Assembly: GCA_040752235.1 (NCBI GenBank)
Contig: JBFMFJ010000001.1
Span: forward strand, 1-36,428
Origin: Candidatus Zixiibacteriota bacterium
GTDB taxonomy: Bacteria; Zixibacteria; MSB-5A5; GN15; PGXB01
Reading direction: 5' to 3'
Length of the DNA: 36,428 nt
Of this stretch, positions 9,651 to 17,738 are shown in pieces. Within the stretch, counting starts at the first letter, position 1; each line of letters begins with the position of its first letter. The translations under genes and the position numbers were made by a program. The notes beneath the pieces are model-generated. The model ran no database searches, had not been told where the DNA came from, and worked only from the letters and a program-made list of their open reading frames with translations.

Positions 9651-10915
9651 AGTTTAAGCCCCTGAAGTTCAACAACTTCGGGGGTTGTGTTTTTCGGGGA
9701 ATTACCTTCAGAAACCGGATTTTCTAACAGTTTTCTAACAAAATTTCCGAAAACTGTTTCATCTAATCTCCGAGCTGCATCATTTTCAAGGTTTGGCATT
9801 AAATGTCCATACCGATCAAGAGTCGTCTTGGCCGACGCATGACCGAGCTGCGATTGTATGAACTTAATGTTCTCACCCTGAGAAATCAGAAGTGATGCAT
9901 ACGTGTGTCGGAGGTCGTGGAAGCGTATCCGGCGTAAGCCTGCTCTGTCCAGTGCGGGAAGAAATTCCCTCTTGATCAGGTTATCGGGATCAAGAGACAA
10001 GCCGTTCTCATTGGAAAAAACCAAGTCCATCTCGGATGCTCTTCCAATGAGGCGGTGCCGTTCAAGCGACTGACGAAGTACCGGGGACATTACTATCCTG
10101 CGGATCGAATTCTTCGTTTTCGGTTTAATGAATTCTCCTCGAAAGATAGAACGTCTAACCGATATTTCGCCGGAATTCCAATCAATATCACCCCATTGCA
10201 GTGCGAGAAGCTCACCGCGCCTCATGCCGGTCATTACCGCCGTCAGAAAAAACGCATAATGATTCGGGTTGACGTGTTCCAGGAATAGCCGGACTTCCTC
10301 CGAAGTGAGAAAATCCATTTCTTCCTGTTCGACGCGCGGACGCTTTACATACAATGAAGGGTCACGTTTGAGGTAACCCCAGATTACGGCGTGCTTGAAC
10401 ATTTCCTTAAAAGGAACCAGCATGTTGACGACAGACTTCGGACTTTGTTTCTCCTTCGTAATCTTATCGGATACGAATTTCTGAATGTCCGAAGTCGAAA
10501 TCCGGTGCAGGAACTGCTTTCCAAAGCAAGGATTCAGGTGAAGCCTCACAATGGCTTTGTAGCTGATATAAGTAGAGCTTTTCACGGAAACCTTGGCATA
10601 ATCGGATAACCATTTGGCGGCAAACTCCTCAAAGAGTATTTTCTCGCACTCCTGATAAGTGCCGCTGTTTATCTGATTCATCCGCTTTGCCAGAAGTTTC
10701 TCTGCGGCTCTCTTGCTGCTACCGGCTCGTTCCCACTTCTGAGTTCCTCCGTCCCGATAAACCGCATACCAAGTATCAGAGCGTAGCACAACGCTTCCTT
10801 TTGCCAATTCGTTCTCACCTCCTTTCCGGTTGGCACGATAAATAAGTTTAATTCCATCCGGCATGACCGATACCGACGGCCTGCCTATGGGTATGTGATA
10901 AATGGTCGAGAGCAT
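9629..10915 (-). CDS. int: Tyrosine recombinase / phage-type integrase
   Basis: C-terminal catalytic blocks FHDLRHTYASLLISQG and LGHASAKTTLDRYGHL, plus an N-terminal SAM-like domain. The true start may be the internal MPDGIKL at 10864. The last 22 nt of the ORF overlap the tRNA. Confidence 0.9.
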
Positions 10916-10949
10916 ACCGCAAGGTATCGATCAGCCGGATGATTGTCAA

Positions 10950-11156
10950 TCACACAGTTTGCGGCACATGCTCCACGCATTTGATCCTCAGGTAATCGGT
11001 TACTTCGGATTCGGAAAACCTTACGTATTTGCCTATTTTGTAATGCGGAATTCGTTCCGGGCCGGATTTTCTCGTCCGGTCGTAAATCCACGACAAAGGC
11101 ACATTCAGTCTTTGTGCCAATTCTTCGGCGGTCAATAAATTATCCACTGTCTCCAT
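10950..11156 (-). CDS. xis: Excisionase / AlpA-type helix-turn-helix DNA-binding protein
   Basis: 68-aa ORF LLTAEELAQRLNVPLSWIYDRTRKSGPERIPHYKIGKYVRFSESEVTDYL, the typical excisionase-family HTH, directly upstream of int. Confidence 0.75.
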   Translation of the reverse strand: METVDNLLTAEELAQRLNVPLSWIYDRTRKSGPERIPHYKIGKYVRFSESEVTDYLRIKCVEHVPQTV

Positions 11157-11163
11157 CCCCTTT

Positions 11164-12942
11164 CTATTGCCAGCGACCGTTTACGATCACTTCTTCCTCA
11201 TGGGTTATATCAACAATTCCAACATCCCGGTGAACAATCTGCAATCGACGTTCTTCGATGAGCCTGTCCACGGTTTGAGCGGGAAGGGCATATTTCTCGT
11301 TGGATAGTCTGACGACCTTCTCGCAGTCTTGCTTTCGCGCCCGGACTTCATCGACGAATGCGGTGAAAATCGGGATCGCCCTATCGTCCTTCAGTTTGAT
11401 TTGCGCATGGCGTTGGGGCTGACACATGATCCAGGCGATGTATTTTTCTCTCATTTCTTCAATGGAGTAAAACTGACGACTCGACAATTCCTGCTCCCGA
11501 ATAAATTCATAAAACGGAACAAGGCTCCTGCTCTCGGATTCCGATTCTCCATTACTTTGAACCTCGCTGAAACTCGAAGATGAGCCTGAGTTTGACATGG
11601 AAAAATCATTCGATGACGAACCGAATGATTCCGAATCCGTTATGGAATTGGTTTCTTCTGAGAAAAAGATATTATCGCCGGGGAAAACGTGATTGGCACT
11701 GCCGGTGCTGAACGAAGCGGACACACCGGAACCTATGCCGGAGCTTTCGGAAATTCCGTCACTTCTCACGTCGCCCTTTGAACGAGACCTCGTTTTTCCT
11801 TTCGTGACTACTTCCCGAACCGATTCGCTCGGAGTCGAAAAGGTATGGAACACCTCATCCTTTATTTGGTCGCCCCGGAATTGACCGGCGAATAATTCGC
11901 CAACCAGTTCCTCACTATCCTGTCTGCTCGACTTGAACGCCACTTTCACGTCGCAGTTGGTCATGACGTTTTCGTAATATCCCGGAATGCGTTTGATCTG
12001 CGTCAGTGTCTGATAACAAAGCGTGAAATAGATTCCGAATTTGCGAAGGGCCTGAAGCGAATATGGTAGATCGTTGGAGGTCAGTTCGGCAGCCTCATCG
12101 GCGATGACGAAAAATGGTTTCCTCGCCTGTTGCTTGGTTCGCTGAAACGAATAATTGATTATTTGATCGACAAGAAGAATTCCCAGTATTTGCTGACACT
12201 CTCGCGAGACTCTCAAAGGAGCGAGATTGACCAGGATGATTTTGCCCTGTTCAATGGCCTTACCGATATCGACGGTCGATTCCTGCTGGCCGATGATTCT
12301 TCGAATCGGATCGGATAGAATCATCTTGGCAGCCCGGTTTAAGGGCGCTTCGATCAGGTTCTCCTGTTCGGCGCGCTTTTTTATGGCGTCAAATCCCTGC
12401 CATTCCCGCTTGACGTACTCATTCCGAACATCTTCCATAACCGATTGACGGTATATCGAACTCGATACCGATAGAAAATCAAGCATATCCGCCAAAGTAA
12501 GATTCGCTTCGATAAGAGACATAAGCAGGTTGCGCTGCCAACGTTCAAGCCTGGGTTTCGTTTCACCCTCCGCTTCTCCGAAGACTTTGGCGATAGCTTT
12601 CATCACCTGTGATGCCTGAGCGGACACATCCATGCCATTCGGGGACAGGAAATTCAGACCCACGGCATTCTCACCGTCGTTGGAATTGATGAGAATCACG
12701 CGATTGCGGAACCCTGCGGCAGTAACGTAAGCCAGCACGTCGTTATACAAAGACCCATGAGGGTCCAACAGTAACAACCCATGATTGTTATCAAGATGAT
12801 ACCGCATACGTGATTCAAGCAATTTACTCTTACCCCTGCCGGTGCCTCCGACGATAAGCCAGTGAAGAAACATATCGTCATAGTCTATGGTCTGGGGCTT
12901 CCCATTCAGGGTGTTATGGCCGACATAAAACTGGTTTGTCAT
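11164..12942 (-). CDS. P-loop ATPase of the TraG/TraD/VirD4-FtsK-HerA type (conjugative coupling-protein-like), soluble, with a Ser-rich low-complexity insert
   Basis: Walker A VGGTGRGKSKL and Walker B FFVIADEA. No N-terminal TM segments. Residues ~381-473 are a Ser/Gly/Glu-rich tract. Confidence 0.7.
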   Translation of the reverse strand: MTNQFYVGHNTLNGKPQTIDYDDMFLHWLIVGGTGRGKSKLLESRMRYHLDNNHGLLLLDPHGSLYNDVLAYVTAAGFRNRVILINSNDGENAVGLNFLSPNGMDVSAQASQVMKAIAKVFGEAEGETKPRLERWQRNLLMSLIEANLTLADMLDFLSVSSSIYRQSVMEDVRNEYVKREWQGFDAIKKRAEQENLIEAPLNRAAKMILSDPIRRIIGQQESTVDIGKAIEQGKIILVNLAPLRVSRECQQILGILLVDQIINYSFQRTKQQARKPFFVIADEAAELTSNDLPYSLQALRKFGIYFTLCYQTLTQIKRIPGYYENVMTNCDVKVAFKSSRQDSEELVGELFAGQFRGDQIKDEVFHTFSTPSESVREVVTKGKTRSRSKGDVRSDGISESSGIGSGVSASFSTGSANHVFPGDNIFFSEETNSITDSESFGSSSNDFSMSNSGSSSSFSEVQSNGESESESRSLVPFYEFIREQELSSRQFYSIEEMREKYIAWIMCQPQRHAQIKLKDDRAIPIFTAFVDEVRARKQDCEKVVRLSNEKYALPAQTVDRLIEERRLQIVHRDVGIVDITHEEEVIVNGRWQ

Positions 12943-12944
12943 TT

Positions 12945-13571
12945 TTACCTCCTTGTTCCCTGCTGAAATAACTGCCGGTCGTAAAATTCCAGCAGTTCAT
13001 CAGCCATGTCGGGGAATTTTTTGTTTACCATTTTGATAAAAGCCGCCCGGTTCATTGCCTTTCTGGTGATGGAATCCAGAATCACCTGTTCTTTGGCCGC
13101 GAACAGCTTTTGTTGCCGTCTGATCTTCAGTAGCTCGTTGAGGTGTTCATCCTGTTTTTCAACGGGCTTATATTTTCCTTTAATCTGCAGCAACCGCTCA
13201 ATGATATCCACTTTCCACATAAGCCTTTCTCGCTTATGATTGACGATTGTCTGCTGTGTCTGTGCCTTGAGTAATCGTAACTTGTTCAGAATATCAGCGT
13301 ATTTTTGATATGTCTCCTCCTTCTTCTCCGCCATAATTAACCCTTGTTCCAGTTCTTCCAGTTGCTGTTGTCGAAAAGCGAGCTGTGCACGACGATTTCT
13401 TTCGTTTTCGATAAGAGTATCGAGCTCTCTGAGAATTTTGCTTCTCTGACTCCAATCAAGCGATTGGTCGTTTTTAACGTGCCGGGTAATTCGGCTTCGC
13501 AGCAATTCCAGAGAGCCAGTGCCGAGCAATTGCTCGGCACTGACATCGTATGTGACCGGGAGCGATTTCAC
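12945..13571 (-). CDS. Hypothetical coiled-coil protein
   Basis: 208-aa ORF, K/E/Q/L-rich with heptad-like character. It is tightly packed between neighbours (2-nt gap downstream, 4-nt overlap upstream). Confidence 0.55.
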   Translation of the reverse strand: MKSLPVTYDVSAEQLLGTGSLELLRSRITRHVKNDQSLDWSQRSKILRELDTLIENERNRRAQLAFRQQQLEELEQGLIMAEKKEETYQKYADILNKLRLLKAQTQQTIVNHKRERLMWKVDIIERLLQIKGKYKPVEKQDEHLNELLKIRRQQKLFAAKEQVILDSITRKAMNRAAFIKMVNKKFPDMADELLEFYDRQLFQQGTRR

Positions 13572-13885
13572 CTCAGCTCCATTTCCAATAGCCGATCGAG
13601 TATTCCCGAATTGTTCGGCGGAAGCATAACCGGTGGTTTTTTCTCTTCTTTTTCAAAGAGCTTGTATACGCCATAGATTGCCAGGCAGACTACCGCACCG
13701 GCAATGATTGAGGCTCCGGCATCCTGATGCCTGTCCTCGGTCAGACTGGTTCTTCTTTCATCCGTCATTTTCGTATCCTCCGAAAAATGGTTAAATGATT
13801 CCGTTGAGTTTTCATTCAACGGGTTTTGCATGGTTTTCCACATATCAAGCTTCTCCATTTCATAAGCGTTATTTGTTTGCATCAA
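13568..13885 (-). CDS. Hypothetical small membrane protein
   Basis: 105-aa ORF with one hydrophobic segment (GASIIAGAVVCLAIYGVY). It overlaps the next gene by 4 nt. Confidence 0.5.
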   Translation of the reverse strand: MMQTNNAYEMEKLDMWKTMQNPLNENSTESFNHFSEDTKMTDERRTSLTEDRHQDAGASIIAGAVVCLAIYGVYKLFEKEEKKPPVMLPPNNSGILDRLLEMELR

Positions 13886-14335
13886 TCTTCTCTATGTTCA
13901 GCCTTGGCGGGCTTTGTCGGGCCCGCCAAAGCGTTTTGTTCGGTTACAAAAAAAGCTTGGGCGTGGGCACAAACCTGTCGGAAGCTCTCGTGTAGTCCGC
14001 AAGCTTCGGGACATCGCCTGTGTCCTGGCTTTTTTTGCCGTTAGTGCATCGCACACCTCCTTCCGCAAGAGTTGTTCTTGCCTGTCGTTGTGCCTTTCCG
14101 CAGTTTTGGACATACCTGCAGAAAGCAAACCACAGCTAACTCTCACGGCCCGAAGGGAATACCCGTCGCGCGGGAGGTGTATTTTTACGGACAAAAAAAG
14201 CCGCAAAATCCCGAATAGACAGACCACTGCTGACTACAATTCGAGATTATGCGACTTAAAAAATTGAGACGCGAACCGTCCCCGGATTACCGGAGACTAG
14301 TTGCTATGATTGTGCTTTTCGCCCAAGCAGGGGCT

Positions 14336-14364
14336 ATAATAAAAAACACAAATTGATTTGTCAA
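14336..14364 (-). promoter_or_regulatory. Strong sigma70-like promoter reading leftwards
   Basis: On the minus strand: TTGACA (14364-14359), 17-nt spacer, TATTAT (14341-14336). The first convincing downstream CDS starts at 13885, implying a ~440-nt leader. Confidence 0.5.
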
Positions 14365-14558
14365 GAAGTTTTTTTACGAAATCAAAAAAATATTTTCAGG
14401 ATACGGCCTCACCGCCTCACCATTCCGTATTACGGAAATCTGTTATGGCGGAGATATCCGCAACCAGGACGTCAATTCCACCGCAATCGCGTCCTGCTTC
14501 CACGGAGTAGCTTGACTCGAATGAGAAGAACGGAATCGATGAGGCAGTGATACCGCGT

Positions 14559-15662
14559 TTACTCAATGAGACTTTGGAGCCCGTGTTCCGGATTTGGGGT
14601 AAGCCAACATTTCGAAAATATCCGTTCCGGTTCTTCGATGCTGAAAGACTGTGGCGGAGTAAACCAAAACAATGAATTCGTTGTAAAGAATTTTCCGAGA
14701 GTAGGAAGTTCCGCGAAGATGCCGGAGACGCGACCGGAAAGACGCTTATCCGGCCCGATCGCTCCGGGTGTAACAAACAGAACCTGAAACCCGGTAATCA
14801 TATTCCGATGTTCCGTGCTGTCGTCGGCGCACACGTCAAGTCCGACAATCTGCCCGTTCGGAAGCTGGCGGTACGCATATCGTTTCAGGAATTTCTGCGA
14901 TTTGCGGTACAATCTGTATCCAACGAGCTTCCGCCTGATGTCGGTGCGTTGCTTTGACGACACAATCGGTTCCGTTCCCCGGTCGATTTCCAGAAAATAA
15001 TGGACATTTCCGCGACCAACCACTTCCAGTCCGAAAAACGCGTCGGCATGAACCGGGAAACGCTCGTCTTCCCCTTTTTCATTGGCTCCGATGACGAAGT
15101 CCCTGATCAGGTCGCCCTGTTCCCAGAAAAGCAGGTTTACCCTGCCCTGCAATTGCTGACACGCAAGTCCCAGAATCGCGCGGAACGTGGCAACGCCCAG
15201 GGCGTGCTGCAGGAACGGTGACTTTACTCTGTTACTTTCGATAATCCTGCGGATTGCCTGAGACCGGACACCGGTCTTTTCCTCAAGGATTTTGGGGCTT
15301 TTGGGTCCCAGACCGTATATCGCCCGCGGCGAGCCGTATCCCCGGCCCATCGGCTGGTCGGTGATATAGTGCCGTTCCAGATACCTGGCGTTGAAAAGCT
15401 GTTTCAGGCGTTTGGATAAGGCCTGCGGGCCGAAACCGTATTGGGTCGGGCGGTTTTTCCCGTCTGAACCGACCGCATACGAAACGCCTGCGGTCTGGTC
15501 TTCCGACTTCAGCAAGTGCCATAGTAACTCGCCGCTTAGAAACCGATGGACATAGACCAGCCTGAGGATCGAAAAATCCCGGTCTCTTAAAACCAGATCA
15601 GGAAAAGCCTCTTTATTCGGGACATATCGCGAGAGTCGTTTCGTTTGGGCGGGTTTGCTCAT
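14559..15662 (-). CDS. Replication-relaxation (Replic_Relax) family protein
   Basis: 367-aa ORF. The N-terminus LVLRDRDFSILRLVYVHRFLSGELLWHLL matches the characteristic winged-helix opening of the Replic_Relax family. It lies next to a coupling-type ATPase, as in other small conjugative or mobilisable elements. Confidence 0.6.
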   Translation of the reverse strand: MSKPAQTKRLSRYVPNKEAFPDLVLRDRDFSILRLVYVHRFLSGELLWHLLKSEDQTAGVSYAVGSDGKNRPTQYGFGPQALSKRLKQLFNARYLERHYITDQPMGRGYGSPRAIYGLGPKSPKILEEKTGVRSQAIRRIIESNRVKSPFLQHALGVATFRAILGLACQQLQGRVNLLFWEQGDLIRDFVIGANEKGEDERFPVHADAFFGLEVVGRGNVHYFLEIDRGTEPIVSSKQRTDIRRKLVGYRLYRKSQKFLKRYAYRQLPNGQIVGLDVCADDSTEHRNMITGFQVLFVTPGAIGPDKRLSGRVSGIFAELPTLGKFFTTNSLFWFTPPQSFSIEEPERIFSKCWLTPNPEHGLQSLIE

Positions 15663-15706
15663 ATCATATAATCCTCATTATTCAATCTTTTCCGTTCTCA
15701 TTCCCG

Positions 15707-16155
15707 GACGCCCCCTCGTCGGCGGCCGAACTCGTCCCGTCAAACCGGACGTCCCGAAGGGCGCCGGTTTACGGCTGACGATTCGTGTCCGCCCGACTTC
15801 GCTCGCTTCGGTCTGCCCCTCCGCTGTCGTAAAAATGCGGGGCAGACCCGAGCTCGGAAACAACTCGTTGTTTCCGGCGAAGCCGAGTGCTCTCTGGCGG
15901 TTCCTGGTCTGTTTCGCATTCCGTTTTTGCACTCACTCTACCGCTTACCCGGTAGAAACAGACCAGGCAGAGAGCCGAGGGAAGGGAGCGAAGTCGGGCG
16001 GAGAACGACATCACGTTCCCTATATTTATCAACAACTTAGTTGTTGTCGAAAGTAGAAACGATAATATATCATTTCTACTTCTAAGAAGCATTACTTTAG
16101 TGCTTCTGGCAAGGGAAAAGTGATGGAGTGAGCCATAGCCCGACGAGGGGGCGTC
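15707..16155 (+). ncRNA. Ornate ~450-nt non-coding element of nested perfect helices (candidate structured RNA; alternatives are ssDNA origin/oriT or a MITE)
   Basis: Closing helix 15707-15722 / 16140-16155 (16 bp, perfect). Second long-range helix 15788-15804 / 15986-16002 (17 bp, perfect). Hairpins at 15810-15819/15839-15848 (10 bp), 15855-15863/15868-15876 (9 bp, ctcg loop) and 15903-15915/15955-15967 (13 bp), the last extended by 15890-15896/15968-15974 (7 bp). Four AT-rich hairpins lie between 16003 and 16107. The three non-Watson-Crick pairs I found inside or flanking helices are G:T on the plus strand, which favours plus-strand RNA. Confidence 0.4.
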
Positions 16156-16162
16156 TTAATTT

Positions 16163-16188
16163 CGACTGCGGAATGAGCAGTCGCTTTT
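16163..16188 (+). terminator. Small hairpin plus T-run immediately 3' of the structured element
   Basis: cgactgc-ggaatga-gcagtcg (7-bp stem) followed by cTTTT. There is no plus-strand CDS upstream, so it would terminate a plus-strand non-coding transcript. A perfect TATAAT at 15667-15672 lies 35 nt upstream of the element. Confidence 0.35.
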
Positions 16189-16331
16189 ATGGAGCTTATG
16201 ATGTTCGACGCTTGCGACAGTAATAGCATAAGTCTCCGAAATCTATCTTTCGTCGGCATACGGAGCATTTCGGTTGCTTCGGATACCGGCCTTGCCGTCG
16301 GCGAAACGGTGTTGCAGTTATTCTTCGCATA

Positions 16332-16868
16332 CTACGGGGCGAGAAGCCAGTTTTTCATTGGCCGGGCGGCGCATACATTTTGACGGATGTAGGTCAGTCC
16401 GACCGCCACGGCATCCAGCGTGTTCAGGTTATGCTGTCTGACCCAGGCGCGGTCGGACTGAAGCAAAACCTTCAATTCATCGAATAAGCCGACCAGCGTC
16501 TGGGCTACCCGTATCTTATTCGCGTTGCCGTCATTGCAAATCTCTTTGCGGATGGTTCTGGGGTCGAATTCGTACACGGGAACCCCGAATTTTCTGGCGA
16601 TATGCTTCATTTCGGAGACGGCAAGGGTCAGACGGTAATTTTGTCTGATCTGGGAAAACGTGTTCCGTTCCAGAACGAGACAATCCGGCGACTTCTCCTT
16701 AACGAGACGGATGACTATTTCCGCCAGGTGTCCCAGTATGGTTTGTTCGGACCCCTGTCTTAAGGTTTTCGTGCCGTAATCCACGAGTTCGGTTCTCTCG
16801 AACGCGGCGAATCCCATGCGTTTCGTGCCGGGATCGATGGCGAGGATTCTGACTTTATTTTTCCGCAT
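16332..16868 (-). CDS. RuvC-like Holliday-junction resolvase / RNase H-fold nuclease
   Basis: 178-aa ORF opening with VRILAIDPGTKRMGFAAFE (compare RuvC ILGIDPGSRxTGYG). The length is typical of RuvC. Confidence 0.65.
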   Translation of the reverse strand: MRKNKVRILAIDPGTKRMGFAAFERTELVDYGTKTLRQGSEQTILGHLAEIVIRLVKEKSPDCLVLERNTFSQIRQNYRLTLAVSEMKHIARKFGVPVYEFDPRTIRKEICNDGNANKIRVAQTLVGLFDELKVLLQSDRAWVRQHNLNTLDAVAVGLTYIRQNVCAARPMKNWLLAP

Positions 16869-17085
16869 ATTTGTTCAGGAGATAGAAGAATAAAGCAGAC
16901 TTCGACTTTTTAATTTTTTCCGTCGGCAGTTTGATCACGTGGTCGAACGCCTTCATAATTACCGCCTCGTCATGTCTTTCAAAGACGTGGCGATACAGAT
17001 CGATCCGTTGTTCCTCTCCGAGCGCTTTGGCGATTTCGGTTGCCAGTTCGTCCTTTGAGGCCGGTTTGGCATTTTTTGTTTCCAT
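16855..17085 (-). CDS. Hypothetical small protein
   Basis: 76-aa ORF that overlaps the RuvC-like start by 14 nt and lies in the operon with the HTH gene. Confidence 0.45.
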   Translation of the reverse strand: METKNAKPASKDELATEIAKALGEEQRIDLYRHVFERHDEAVIMKAFDHVIKLPTEKIKKSKSALFFYLLNKYAEK

Positions 17086-17130
17086 GTTTGTTTTCGTTAA
17101 TGATTTGATTATATGGAAAGTCGTTATGGT

Positions 17131-17391
17131 TTATTCGGGTTGTCTGCCGTACATTTCTTCCCGGATTCTCCTGAAGTGGTCGAGGAAAAGCAATTCGACG
17201 GGAGTTTGCAGGGCGGCGGAGAGCTTCAGCGCGTTCATAAGCGATGGCAATTTCCGGCCGGTTTCCCAAAGATACAGGTCGCAGGGCACTTTGAGGTCGA
17301 GAAGTTTCGAGACGTCCCGCTGCCGAAGATACCGTTTTTCACGGTATCTTCGGATTTGATTCCTCCTGATTGTTTTGAGGTTGCGGGACAT
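17131..17391 (-). CDS. XRE/Cro-C1-type helix-turn-helix transcriptional regulator
   Basis: 86-aa ORF with RRYREKRYLRQRDVSKLLDLKVPCDLYLWETGRKLPSLMNALKLSAAL, an HTH_3-like pattern. Confidence 0.65.
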   Translation of the reverse strand: MSRNLKTIRRNQIRRYREKRYLRQRDVSKLLDLKVPCDLYLWETGRKLPSLMNALKLSAALQTPVELLFLDHFRRIREEMYGRQPE

Positions 17392-17738
17392 GAATTTGCG
17401 ATATTTGTTTTTGTTTTGCTACGTAAACCTAAAACAGGCCGGAGCGACGATCAATAAGCCGAAGTACCACCGACCTGTGGATAACGAGATATATGAATAG
17501 AATAAATGCCCGTGAATAGCCTGTTTCATGGGGGTGGATAAATCCGTAAATGAAAACAGATGATTCTACCCGAAAACGGGAATAAATGCAACCCCTGGTT
17601 TATTGATAGTCAAAACCCAAGAATCGGAGGGTTTGTATAACGCCCAGATATGTTCTATATGACCAAACCTTAATATTAAAGAATACTAAATTACCCGGAA
17701 TAACCTACGGGCACTTCCCAAAACGCATATTATTCAAT

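Noticed and set aside
13898-14267. ORFs 13898-14227 (-) and 13914-14267 (+)
   Set aside because: They are mutually antisense with biased Arg/Cys/Ser composition, and have no RBS or motif. They are treated as non-coding leader (see findings).
15984-16002. RNase P RNA, because gagcgaagtcgggcgg resembles the conserved GAAAGUCCGGGC block
   Set aside because: The resemblance is partial. The other universally conserved RNase P regions are not present, and the location inside a mobile element does not fit.
15655-16092. ORFs 15655-16056 (+), 15678-15932 (-) and 15769-16092 (-) as protein-coding genes
   Set aside because: They overlap one another on both strands and are Arg/Pro/Gly/Ser-rich, as expected from reading through GC-rich helices. 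They also coincide exactly with the nested inverted repeats.
15707-16155. Hammerhead or other small self-cleaving ribozyme inside the structured element (CUGACGA near 15775, GAAAC motifs)
   Set aside because: The core motifs are not in the required arrangement around three helices. The match is to isolated short words only.
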